Assembly: GCA_052390235.1 (NCBI GenBank)
Contig: JBQTHB010000002.1
Location: 320,001-384,000, forward strand
DNA from: Deltaproteobacteria bacterium
GTDB lineage: Bacteria; Desulfobacterota_D; UBA1144; Nemesobacterales; CSP1-2
Direction: 5' to 3'
DNA length: 64,000 bases
Positions 1-8,985 of this stretch are shown piece after piece (position 1 is the stretch's first letter; each line of letters opens with the position of its first letter). The notes below the pieces were generated by a model. It was not told the DNA's origin and ran no database searches. It saw only the letters and a program-made list of their open reading frames with translations. The position numbers were made by a program, and so were the translations under genes.

Positions 1-64
1 CTAGCGGCGGGGGAATCGGGAAGACGCCCTCTATATCCAAGCGTCCCCCCGAATCTAGGCGTAA

Positions 65-628
65 TTATTTGGGCAGCAGCACTTTATCAATAACGTGAAT
101 CACGCCATTGGACTGATAAACGTCGTAAGTTGAAATATTGGCGACGTTCCCTTTGGCGTCTTTAAGCACGATACTTACTCCGCCGTTCATCATTGCCGTC
201 AGGTTTTCTCCCTGAGCGGTTTTGATGGTGGCTTTTCCGCCGTTGTCCACAATTGCCTTCTTAATGGCGTTGTAGTCGAGGCTCCCCGGCACAACATGAT
301 AGGTCAGAACGGCAGTGAGCGTGCCTTTGTTCTCCGGCTTGAGAAGCGTCTCGACGGTTCCAGCAGGGAGATTCTCAAAAGCGTCGTTAACGGGCGCAAA
401 CACTGTGAATGGCCCTTTGCCCTTGAGGGTTTCGACGAGTCCCGCCGCTTTCACAGCCGCAACTAGCGTGGTGTGGTCTGCGGAATTTACGGCGTTATCA
501 ATGATGTCCTTTTTGGGGAACATCGCCTGCCCGCCGACCATAACCGTCTTCTCGCCGGATACGGCAAAAGACACGCCCAGAGCTACAACCATAGCTAGGG
601 ATAAGACTGACATTCTTAATACACTCAT
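65..628 (-). CDS. Secreted fasciclin (FAS1) domain protein
   Basis: Signal peptide; FAS1 motifs GPFTVFAPVNDAF, LTYHVVPG, NGVIHVIDKVLLP; GGAGG RBS. Confidence 0.93.
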   Translation of the reverse strand: MSVLRMSVLSLAMVVALGVSFAVSGEKTVMVGGQAMFPKKDIIDNAVNSADHTTLVAAVKAAGLVETLKGKGPFTVFAPVNDAFENLPAGTVETLLKPENKGTLTAVLTYHVVPGSLDYNAIKKAIVDNGGKATIKTAQGENLTAMMNGGVSIVLKDAKGNVANISTYDVYQSNGVIHVIDKVLLPK

Positions 629-762
629 AAAGTAATACCTCCTAAAGGGTTTTATTTACTGCCTTTTAATTTTCCGAAGTTAGGGCTTGGCGAGCGGAGC
701 AATAGCGCACTCTGCTGCGAAGCTTGAGGTTTAGGACTGATTTTTGACTCTGATGAAAATGG

Positions 763-1119
763 CTATAGCGGGGGAGAGCGGGACGGGACGGGCGAATTCC
801 CCGATGATGCGACGATAATCTCGCTCGATGATAACGGGCGCTCATTGCCAAACGCCGGGGGGAAGGGCTTCAGAATTCCAGCGGGCGCGATAAATAAGCG
901 GCTAATGCCGAACGCCGTGCAGTAGCACTGCTTTCGCGCCCCCTCGTCGCCGTCTTGAATGAGTAGCTCAATGAACCGAGCCGTGGAACTGCCGCCCGTG
1001 TGCGATGGGCAGGTCGCTATCGAGTATGCGGCGGAGCCGCTAACCGAGGGCGCGTACGGCTCTACGGCATAGAGAGCCAAGTTCACAGAGACTAATAACG
1101 TGAAAACGAGCGTCGCCAT
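763..1119 (-). CDS. DUF2946-like small exported protein / putative leader peptide ending in RSPPL
   Basis: Hydrophobic N-terminus, CPSH and CYC motifs, Pro-rich tail with R-S-P-P; start uncertain (1119, 1155 or 1194). Confidence 0.5.
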   Translation of the reverse strand: MATLVFTLLVSVNLALYAVEPYAPSVSGSAAYSIATCPSHTGGSSTARFIELLIQDGDEGARKQCYCTAFGISRLFIAPAGILKPFPPAFGNERPLSSSEIIVASSGNSPVPSRSPPL

Positions 1120-1212
1120 ACAACGGGACTTTTTGGATAAAATCTGCTGACACATACGCCCAAAAAATTTATTCGCTAGACTGAAAATAACCATGCAATT
1201 ATATATACGCCC

Positions 1213-2279
1213 CTATTGCTGCGATTGGATGATTTCGCCCGCCCGCTTTCTAGCCCTGCTTTTTCTAAGCCATATCACGACTCCGGTTACCGAGAGGATA
1301 ACCACTATCATTCCCATAGCCGAGACGAATATACACGAGTCCCGCAGAGTGTTCTTTCCCGAACCCGACGCCCAAAACGCTGTATTCCGGAACATAGAAA
1401 ATGCCGTTCGCCGGAGGGGGCAGTCCGCGTTTTTGAGCCTCCGAGCTTGCCACATTGAGTATCTCGTCGAATGAATAACTCGCCGCAACGGCTTTGTCCG
1501 GCGGCAACATCTCGCGCTTATCGAACACCGAAGGCGTTATTATAGGAGAAATTGCCGATACCACAGGCTCGATACCTATTTGTGCAGGTTGAACGACACT
1601 CCGCTCAGGGCAAGCATAAACAGCAGTCCTCAGAACCATAAACCTCCGGCGCGGTGAAGGTCGAAGTTGATCCTGTACCTGCTCGCATCGGGTTTAACCT
1701 TCTATGCCGGTTTCCACCTGCGCAAAAAATGGTCTGCCGCGCTGCAGAGCTAGATAAAAGCCGACGAAGCCGTCCAGCATCCAGACAAACGCAATCCCGC
1801 CCACAAGCCACAATCCCCACGTTTCAGGCAGGCGCAGCGTCATGTGCATCTGATACATGAAAGGCATGAAATGGGCGGCATCAACTCGAAAAGCGCCCCA
1901 GTAGCGTTTGCCGAGTATCTCTCCTGTAGAGGGATTGATGAAAACCTGATTGTAGCCAGCATCAAAGAGCGCCCCGGTTTTGCGGTTGACGCGCGGCTCT
2001 ACGAACACCTCGGTGGAATGACCGGGTTCAACGCTCAGAGGCAGGAATCGCGCTCTCTCTCGCCCATCGTCCCGCTCGATAATTCGCGCCAAAGCAGTCG
2101 GCGAAAGCGCCTGTCCGCCTTCAGCCGAGTGAAACAGCCGGGGGTTCAGCCATTAGTCAATCTCGTGATAAAAAGCGATAGCGCTTCCGCTAATACCTGA
2201 GACTACGAGAAAAGCGGCGAGAGCCAGCCCGGCGTAGCGGTGGAGTTTTACGAATATTTGATGCGGCGGTTTGTTTCAT
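1213..2279 (-). pseudogene. PepSY-associated TM helix protein, multiply frameshifted
   Basis: Fragments in different frames: KLHRYAGLALAAFLVVSGISGSAIAFYHEID* (in-frame stop), VFINPSTGEILGKR..MYQMHMTL, ..SAMGMIVVILSVTGVVIWLRK. Confidence 0.8.
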
Positions 2280-2302
2280 GGGTGAGAATCTCTGGAAAGA
2301 GG

Positions 2303-2674
2303 CTATTTTACGACTGTCTGGGCCGTTTTCAGGTAAGCCGCTCCGTGCTTTTTAGCCGCGTTGTAATCGGCTTTTTCGGATGCGAGGTGCAGCGACTCAA
2401 GCGTATCGGCAAGGGCGGCGAACTCATTATTTATCTTCTCAAGCGCGTTTTCCAGCGTATAGGTGAGTTCATGAACCATGATAATATCGTCAGGGGCGAG
2501 CTTGCTCTTGCTCAGAATCGCGGCGAGTTTGCTGTTGCCTTCCGAGAAATTCGCCACGGCCTGCTTGAGCGTTTCGGCAGGTTTGCCCTTGAAGTGATCG
2601 GGACGTTCGCCATCTGCGGCGGAGATTGCCGTGAAAGATGCAAAGAGCATCAGCAAAGCGAATATTTTACTCAT
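2303..2674 (-). CDS. Secreted helical protein, DUF6746-like
   Basis: Signal peptide, RPDHFKG motif, HELTYTLENAL and LESLHLASE helices; GGAG RBS. Confidence 0.7.
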   Translation of the reverse strand: MSKIFALLMLFASFTAISAADGERPDHFKGKPAETLKQAVANFSEGNSKLAAILSKSKLAPDDIIMVHELTYTLENALEKINNEFAALADTLESLHLASEKADYNAAKKHGAAYLKTAQTVVK

Positions 2675-2938
2675 AATTATTTGTCTTCTCCTGAATGATA
2701 TGGTTTAGAACTCGTCTTAAAACGTCGAATAGTCCCAATTTACGATGCCGATTTTTCTTCTCTTATTTTTTTATACAGTCTGCTAAAATATTGAAATTGA
2801 TAGCAGACTTCAAAATAAAAAATTATCATGTTATAGTTCTGTGTCAAGAAAGCGGATACAGTACGCGCCCTTGTTGCCCGTTTGAGAATTCACAAACCGT
2901 TATGAAAATCCAATATTCTAGAGGATGGTGATGATAAA

Positions 2939-3970
2939 ATGACTGAAAAACGCCCCGCCTGCTCGTTTCTTCTACTGATAATGACCTTGATACTGTCTCT
3001 TTCCTGCTCGGAGCGCAAGCCTGATGCACAGACCGCCGAAAAACCCCTCAGCCTGACCGTCTATTCCGGCAGGAGTGAATCTCTCGTAGAGCCGATAATA
3101 GAGCAGTTTCAGGCGGCTACCGGCATACAGACTCAGGTGAAGTATGGCGGCACTGCGGAGCTTGCCGCCGCTCTGCTGGAAGAGGGAGATAGAACTTTGG
3201 CGGATCTGTTTTTCGCGCAGGATCCGGGCGGCTTGGGCGCTGTAGAGGGGATGCTTGCCCCTCTGCCTGCGGATATATCGGACTTAGTAGCCCGGCGCTA
3301 TAGGTCTCCCGAAGGGAAATGGGTTGGGCTGTCGGGGCGCGCACGGACGGTTGTCTATAACACGAACAAGCTCGGCGAGGGCGACCTTCCGAGAGATATA
3401 TGGGGTTTCACAGACCCAAAATGGAAAGGGCGCATCGGATGGTCGCCGACAAACGCATCGTTTCAGGCGATGCTGACCGCCATGATTAAGCTGTGGGGCG
3501 AGGAAAAAACGGCGGCATGGCTTGCGGGGATACAGGCTAACGAAGCTAAAATTTACCCTAATAACACTTCTATCGTCTCCGCAGTAGGCTCCGGCGAGGT
3601 TGAGGTAGGATTCGTGAATCATTACTATCTGTTCCGCTTTCTTGCCGAACAGGGCGAGAGCTTCCCGGTCAGAAACTATCACCCGGCAGACGGCGGCCCG
3701 GGAGCGATTATTTTAGTTGCCGGAGCCGGTATTCTGGAAAGCTCGCGGAACAAGGAAGCCGGAGAGAGGTTTCTAAGATTCATGCTCTCCCCCGTAGCGC
3801 AGCAGTATTTCACCGGACAGAGCTATGAATATCCAGTGATTGATGGCGTAAACACCAACCGCCTGCTCACGCCCGTATCCGAGATAAAATCCCCTGAAAT
3901 CAGCTTGAGGGATCTGTCCAATCCAAATGCCGCCGTGGAGCTTCTGAGAAAGTCTGGGATAATTCCCTAA
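2939..3970 (+). CDS. fbpA: Fe3+ ABC transporter substrate-binding lipoprotein (FbpA/FutA family)
   Basis: Lipobox LSLSC; LTVYSGR, GFVNHYY (tandem Tyr iron ligands), EYPV. Confidence 0.9.
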   Translation: MTEKRPACSFLLLIMTLILSLSCSERKPDAQTAEKPLSLTVYSGRSESLVEPIIEQFQAATGIQTQVKYGGTAELAAALLEEGDRTLADLFFAQDPGGLGAVEGMLAPLPADISDLVARRYRSPEGKWVGLSGRARTVVYNTNKLGEGDLPRDIWGFTDPKWKGRIGWSPTNASFQAMLTAMIKLWGEEKTAAWLAGIQANEAKIYPNNTSIVSAVGSGEVEVGFVNHYYLFRFLAEQGESFPVRNYHPADGGPGAIILVAGAGILESSRNKEAGERFLRFMLSPVAQQYFTGQSYEYPVIDGVNTNRLLTPVSEIKSPEISLRDLSNPNAAVELLRKSGIIP

Positions 3971-3984
3971 GACGCGTTGAAAAT

Positions 3985-4345
3985 GGTTCGACTCCGCTCA
4001 CTATCAAGAGGAGAAAACCAACAAAACCCTCCTTCATCCTCAGCGGAGTCGAAGGGTGAGTAGCTGGGCTAATATCACTATAAACTACGTCGAATGCGGG
4101 GGTAGTTCGGGCGGGGTTTATCCTGAGCTTGTCTAAGGGTGAGGGGAGTCATCGGGCGGTGAATACTGGATTCCCGCTCAGTTCTGCGGGAATGACAGCG
4201 ACTTTTACATAACTAGCGGCATTAGCGCGTAACGTGAGCGCGGGAGAGATAGAGATAATATTTCCGCCGCTTCCCTTCACCCTGAGCGGAGTCGAAGGAT
4301 GAGTAGCTGGGCTAATATCACTATAAAATATGTCGAATGCGGGGG
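3985..4345. repeat. Cluster of palindromic REP-like elements incl. 72-bp direct repeat (4031-4102 / 4274-4345)
   Basis: TTCGACTCCGCTCA / TGAGCGGAGTCGAA units, a GGATTCCCGC..GCGGGAATGAC palindrome, two near-identical 72-bp copies. Confidence 0.85.
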
Positions 4346-4387
4346 CGTACATCAATTGCGCCGCTCCTCCATTATAGTGTTCAGTAA

Positions 4388-5950
4388 ATGAAAAGTTTCT
4401 TCTTCGCATCATCGGCAATTGTCGCCTTTATGACGCTACTTCCGGCGGCTTATCTGCTGTTTCGCGCGGCAGACGGCGGCGGCGAGGCTCTCGCCCTCCT
4501 TTTTCGATGGAGAACCTGGGAGATTATCCAAAGGTCGCTTGTGCTGACTGTAGCGGTAACCTTTTTCTCCATGCTGATTTCCGTGCCTTTGGCATGGCTT
4601 CTCGTCCGCACCGACCTGCCAATGAAACGGATGTGGACGGCGCTGACGACAGTTCCGTTGGTTGTCCCGTCCTATGTCGGAGGGTTCGTACTGGTTGCCG
4701 CGCTCGGTCCTAAGGGGATGCTGCAGCAGTTTCTAGCCCCGCTTGGCGTGGAGAGACTGCCGGAGATATACGGCCTGGCAGGAGCCGCCCTCACGCTGAC
4801 GCTTCTTAGGTTTCCATTTATGCTCATTCCCATCCGCGCATCGTTGTCGAACCTCGACCCATCGCTGGAAGAAAGCTCTCAGAGCCTGGGAATGAGACGC
4901 ATCAAGACGTTTATCAGAGTGGTCATGCCTCAGCTAAAACCCGCCGTTGCCTCCGGCTGTTTGTTCACCGCGCTTGCCGCGCTGACGGACTTCGGCGCGG
5001 TATCGCTCCTGCGCTATGAAACATTCACTTGGGCTATATATCTGCAGTATCAATCTGCGTTTGATAGAACCGGCGCGGCGGCGCTGTCGGCGGCGCTAAT
5101 AGTGATTGGCTCGATATTCCTGCTTCTCGAGGGCAGAACGAGAAAGTCGGCGGCGCACTACGGGGCGAATCACGGCAGAAGGGCGCCATTGAGTCCCGTG
5201 AGGCTGGGCGGGTGGAGGATTCCTGCGCTTCTGTTCTGCGGCGCTCTCGCGTTTGCGAGTCTCGTTATGCCTGCGTGTATATTGATTTATTGGCTACTCA
5301 GAGGGCTGGCTTCGGGAGAATATTTCCCCGGCATTTGGGCGGATACGGCGAATTCCCTGCTCATTGCCTCAGCCGCCGCCTTTATAACGCTCATCGCGGC
5401 GTTTCCCATTGCCTATATCTCCTGCCGCTATTCGGGACGCATGGTTACATTAATGGAGAGGGCGGCTTATATCGGATTCGCTCTGCCGGGAATAGTGGTT
5501 GCGCTGGCGCTGGTGTTCTTTGGCGTGCGTTATCTGACCCCGCTCTATCAGACTCACGCGCTCCTCATCGCCGCTTATGTCATTCTGTTCATTCCGGCGG
5601 CGGCGGGGGCGCTTCGGGCGGTACTGCTTCAGATGAACACCAGACTAGAAGAGGCGGCTTACAGCCTCGGGCGGAGTAAATTCGCCGCTTTGACGAGAGT
5701 TACCCTGCCATTGACGAGGCCGGGAATCGCTGGAGGATGGGCTATGGTGTTTCTGCTCACGATGAGAGAGCTTCCCGCGACTTTGATTCTGTCCCCTATA
5801 GGGTTCGGCACTCTCGCCGCATCTATCTGGTCTTCCGCTTCCGAGGCGTTTTTCGCCAGGTCGGCGGCCTATTCGCTGATTTTAATCGCCGCCGCATCCA
5901 TTCCTTCGATTTTCATAGCTATAGCCGAGAGGAGGCAGAGCGGCGCATGA
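4388..5950 (+). CDS. fbpB: Fe3+ ABC transporter permease (fused double TM domain)
   Basis: Two EAA-like loops (LEESSQSLG, LEEAAYSLG); ~12 TM helices. Confidence 0.92.
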   Translation: MKSFFFASSAIVAFMTLLPAAYLLFRAADGGGEALALLFRWRTWEIIQRSLVLTVAVTFFSMLISVPLAWLLVRTDLPMKRMWTALTTVPLVVPSYVGGFVLVAALGPKGMLQQFLAPLGVERLPEIYGLAGAALTLTLLRFPFMLIPIRASLSNLDPSLEESSQSLGMRRIKTFIRVVMPQLKPAVASGCLFTALAALTDFGAVSLLRYETFTWAIYLQYQSAFDRTGAAALSAALIVIGSIFLLLEGRTRKSAAHYGANHGRRAPLSPVRLGGWRIPALLFCGALAFASLVMPACILIYWLLRGLASGEYFPGIWADTANSLLIASAAAFITLIAAFPIAYISCRYSGRMVTLMERAAYIGFALPGIVVALALVFFGVRYLTPLYQTHALLIAAYVILFIPAAAGALRAVLLQMNTRLEEAAYSLGRSKFAALTRVTLPLTRPGIAGGWAMVFLLTMRELPATLILSPIGFGTLAASIWSSASEAFFARSAAYSLILIAAASIPSIFIAIAERRQSGA

Positions 5951-7014
5951 GCTTGGCGCTTCGGTGCATAGACCTATCAAAGCACTTCGGCGGCGTCCCC
6001 GCAGTGCAGAGCGTATCCCTATCGCTCGAATCCGGTCAAATCCTCTGCCTGCTCGGCTCAAGCGGATGCGGGAAAACCACGACTCTTAGGCTCATAGCCG
6101 GATTTGAACAGCCCTCCGGCGGCTCTATAGAAATAGCCGGAGCGATTGTGTCCGATGCCCAGACACTCATCCCCCCCGAAAAGAGAAGGGTCGGGATGGT
6201 GTTTCAGGACTACGCACTTTTTCCGCATCTGACCGTAGCCGAAAACATCGCTTTCGGCATGGATAAGGCGGCGAGAAAATCCGGGCGGGTAGAGGAACTG
6301 CTGTCTCTCGTGGGCATAAAGGGGTTCGGTGCGCGGATGCCGCACAGACTCTCCGGCGGCGAGCAGCAGAGGGTCGCCATAGCGCGGGCGCTTGGGGCAA
6401 AACCAGAGCTGATGCTCCTCGACGAGCCGTTTTCTAATCTCGACCCGACGCTTCGGCTTCGGATACGCGAAGAGATAAAAACCCTCCTAAAAAGCTCTGG
6501 AGCCGCCGTAATCTTCGTTACCCATGACCAGGAAGAGGCGTTTTTCATGGGCGACCTCGTCGGAGTCATGAACCGCGGACGGCTTGAGCAGATTGACACT
6601 CCGTACCGAATTTACCACAGCCCCGCATCGCGCTACGTCGCAGAATTCGTGGGAACGGCGGATTTCCTGCCCGTCTGCATCGCTGAAGGCGGCGTTTCCA
6701 CCGACTTGGGGTTTCTAGGGCGCGCAGAAAAACCGCAAGGGGCGATGATAGACAATATTCGCCTCGACGATATTCGCCTCATGGTGCGCCCCGACGACAT
6801 CTCTATGACGCCGTCGGAAAAAGGGCAGGGCGTTGTCGTTTCCAGAGTGTTTCAAGGGGTTACATATCTATACCGAGTCGTTCTCGATTCCGGCGACACT
6901 GTCCACTCGATGCTCCTGCACAGCTCTGACGTCCATCCCGGCACACGAGTCCATCTCGGCTTTGAGCCTCACTACGTTCCGGTTTACTTCGCAGACGGCT
7001 ACAGAGTGGGGTGA
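5947..7014 (+). CDS. fbpC: Fe3+ ABC transporter ATP-binding protein
   Basis: Walker A GSSGCGKT, LSGGEQQR, LLDEPF, TOBE-like tail; ATGA overlap with permease stop sets start at 5947. Confidence 0.92.
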   Translation: MSLALRCIDLSKHFGGVPAVQSVSLSLESGQILCLLGSSGCGKTTTLRLIAGFEQPSGGSIEIAGAIVSDAQTLIPPEKRRVGMVFQDYALFPHLTVAENIAFGMDKAARKSGRVEELLSLVGIKGFGARMPHRLSGGEQQRVAIARALGAKPELMLLDEPFSNLDPTLRLRIREEIKTLLKSSGAAVIFVTHDQEEAFFMGDLVGVMNRGRLEQIDTPYRIYHSPASRYVAEFVGTADFLPVCIAEGGVSTDLGFLGRAEKPQGAMIDNIRLDDIRLMVRPDDISMTPSEKGQGVVVSRVFQGVTYLYRVVLDSGDTVHSMLLHSSDVHPGTRVHLGFEPHYVPVYFADGYRVG

Positions 7015-7019
7015 TTGCG

Positions 7020-7230
7020 GCAACTGTGGAATCCCCCACTCCCGCTCCCTTTGACTCTGCTCAGGATGAAGATGGAATGGATTCCCGCTCTGAGGACTGC
7101 GGGAATGACAAACAGGCTCACTACCATTCCAAGCCTCATTCTTGTCGTTTCGAGCGATAGCGAGAAATCCTGAATTAGATTCCTCATTCCTGTCATTCTC
7201 ACGAAAGTGGGAATCCATAGTTTCGACTCC
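7020..7230. repeat. Composite palindromic repeat (copy A)
   Basis: GGATTCCCGCTCTGAGGACTGCGGGAATGAC, CGAGCGATAGCGAGAAATCC, GTCATTCTCACGAAAGTGGGAATCC; near-identical to 22858-23040. Confidence 0.9.
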
Positions 7231-7515
7231 TCATATCTCTATCCTCCTTTTTTTGAACTGCTCGAACCATGCAGATACAAAGCTGGAATTGCCAGAGCGG
7301 GGCAATCCATCATATATTAAAAATATAAATCAATATCAATTTGATTCTATCGGAATGAGAGGGAATATCAAGCGGAGATTCATAGAAAATTCGGATGTAA
7401 ATAGTGGGGCTTATGGCGTATTTCGATACGGTTGCCGCGCCAGCGACGGTTTGCCAGCCGCCGCGAGAAGGGGCTAATTTTGTGAACTGCTATAATTATT
7501 TCTCTTCTTCCCAGC

Positions 7516-7659
7516 GCCTCTGCCCCGCCTAAGCCCCGTGTGCCAGGCGACGACCCCGACCGAGCGCCCCGAGACTTACCCATGCAACGGCGAGGTGGTC
7601 TCCGAGCAGGGCGGAGAGAAGCCCGGTCAAGCTGACTATTGCAATAATCATCGGGGCGC
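7516..7659 (-). repeat. Degenerate duplicate of 3' part of the small membrane gene (8788-8936)
   Basis: Direct alignment; 7593-7659 identical, remainder has substitutions and a short deletion. Confidence 0.9.
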
Positions 7660-7691
7660 AAAGCGGGTTCGGCTTGAGTGGATTGTTAGGC
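7657..7691 (-). mobile_element. Truncated attC site (left half only)
   Basis: Minus strand GCCTAACAATCCACTCAAGCCGAACCCGCTTTGCG matches the left half of the complete attC at 16147-16206. Confidence 0.8.
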
Positions 7692-7814
7692 GCCGCTGCC
7701 ATGAGACGCTGGCTTAGGTGCGAGAGGCAGGCAGGCCGCCAGAGCAAAGCACAACGCCGCCGCAACAAGCAATGCGACGCCAGCGAAGAAACCCGCGAAC
7801 GAAAAAACCAGAAC

Positions 7815-7841
7815 GGCATCTGCTGCAACCACTAGTTCGGC
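7815..7841 (-). mobile_element. attC left-arm remnant closing the GlcG cassette
   Basis: GCCGAAC-TAGTG-GTTGCAGC 16 nt after the stop; GGCAATGGCGCCGAAC is complementary (14/16) to the cassette start GTTCGGCGCCTTCGCC. Confidence 0.65.
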
Positions 7842-7857
7842 GCCATTGCCGGCGCGA

Positions 7858-8253
7858 CTAGAACGCCGCCGCCCCGGACTCCGCCACCGCGTGGTCTTGC
7901 TCGCCTGAGCCACCGCTGACCCCGACAGCCCCAATGACCTTGCCGTCGCGCTTCAACGGAATGCCGCCGGCAAATATCATGATTCGTCCGCCATTTGACG
8001 CGTGGATCCCAAAGAATTGCCCTCCGGATTGGCTGTGCCCGGCCAGATCCTTGGTCGCGATGTCGAAGGCTCGCGATGTGTACGCCTTGTTGATGGAGAT
8101 GTCAATACTCCCGATCCACGCCCCATCCATTCGCGCGTGCGCGACGAGATTGCCACCTGCGTCGGCCACAGCGATGTTCATCGGCTGACCGATCTCACCG
8201 GCTTTCGCTTCAGCGGCCGAGATTACGCGCCGCGCGTCTCTGAGTGTCATCAT
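7858..8253 (-). CDS. GlcG/HbpS family heme-binding protein (gene cassette)
   Basis: NIAVADAGGNL, SINKAYTS, GGIPL..IGAVGVSGG..QD motifs; GGAGG RBS before 8253. Confidence 0.9.
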   Translation of the reverse strand: MMTLRDARRVISAAEAKAGEIGQPMNIAVADAGGNLVAHARMDGAWIGSIDISINKAYTSRAFDIATKDLAGHSQSGGQFFGIHASNGGRIMIFAGGIPLKRDGKVIGAVGVSGGSGEQDHAVAESGAAAF

Positions 8254-8360
8254 AGCTCCTCCGTTCCTGACCTGATTGCGCTCGACTGGAGCGATGCGGC
8301 AAAGTATGCCGAAGTAGCGCCGACTCCGCAAGCGTTCTGACGCGAGACTGTGGCGAAGGC

Positions 8361-8390
8361 GCCGAACGCCCAAGCTCAGCCTTGTTGGTA
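8361..8390 (-). mobile_element. Internally deleted (collapsed) attC site
   Basis: Minus strand TACCAAC-AAG-GCTGAGC-TTGGGC-GTTCGGC just after the ABM stop: R'' plus L'/R' with the centre missing. Confidence 0.65.
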
Positions 8391-8394
8391 TTGC

Positions 8395-8697
8395 TTACCC
8401 AGGCATCTTAGCCGCGAGAACGTCAACTTTCTCGATGGACGGCGGTGTGGAGAATAACTCGCCCGCCTTTGCCATAAGCGCCGCAGCGACCTTGCCAGAG
8501 AGGTGAGCTTCCCGGCCCGCTTCGTTGGGAAAGGCATCGAATATGCCAAAGGTGCTTGGACCGAGGCGGATGCCGAACCAAGCAGTGGTGGCTGGCTCCT
8601 CCATTACGAGAGGGAGCCCACTAAGTAGAAAACTCTCGACCTCCTGCTCCTTACCGGGTTTTGCCTCTAGACGAACAAACAACGCTACTTTCACCAT
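8395..8697 (-). CDS. Antibiotic biosynthesis monooxygenase (ABM/quinol monooxygenase) family protein (gene cassette)
   Basis: LEAKPGKE, FGIFDAF..GREAHL; GGAGG RBS. Confidence 0.88.
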   Translation of the reverse strand: MVKVALFVRLEAKPGKEQEVESFLLSGLPLVMEEPATTAWFGIRLGPSTFGIFDAFPNEAGREAHLSGKVAAALMAKAGELFSTPPSIEKVDVLAAKMPG

Positions 8698-8750
8698 GAC
8701 GTGCCTCCTGTGGTTGCGACGATAAAACGATATATCAAACGATTTCCAGT

Positions 8751-8784
8751 AAGCCTAACACAACATCAAGCCTAACACAACATC
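8751..8784 (-). repeat. Perfect 17-bp tandem duplication containing attC R' core GTTAGGC
   Basis: AAGCCTAACACAACATC x2 (8751-8767, 8768-8784). Confidence 0.9.
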
Positions 8785-8985
8785 TCAGCCTCTGCCCCGC
8801 CTAAGCGCCGCGTGCCAGGCGGCGACCCCGACCGGCGCGCCGAGAGTTGCCCATGAAACGGCGTCCCACAGGTGGTCTCCGAGCAGGGCGGAGAGAAGCC
8901 CGGTCAAGCTGACTATTGCAATAATCATCGGGGCGCGGAACACGGCGAGAAGGCTTGTCTTTGCCGGTGAATTATATTTTTTCAT
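8785..8985 (-). CDS. Small two-TM protein accompanying PepSY gene
   Basis: Overlaps PepSY stop (ATGA); GLLSALLGD..WD..SW motif. Confidence 0.75.
   Translation of the reverse strand: MKKYNSPAKTSLLAVFRAPMIIAIVSLTGLLSALLGDHLWDAVSWATLGAPVGVAAWHAALRRGRG

Noticed and set aside
2240..2698. 152-aa plus-strand ORF
   Set aside because: Antisense to the better supported DUF6746-like gene, which has an RBS and signal peptide
6868..7218. Paralogous small ORFs here and at 22819-23261
   Set aside because: Translations of the non-coding palindromic repeat family
7315..7345. Fur-box-like AT-rich stretch
   Set aside because: Only about 13/19 match in AT-rich DNA and no credible downstream gene
7686..7934. 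82-aa ORF ending in the attC TAA
   Set aside because: Overlaps GlcG, lacks an RBS and reads through attC remnants; treated as non-coding cassette spacer
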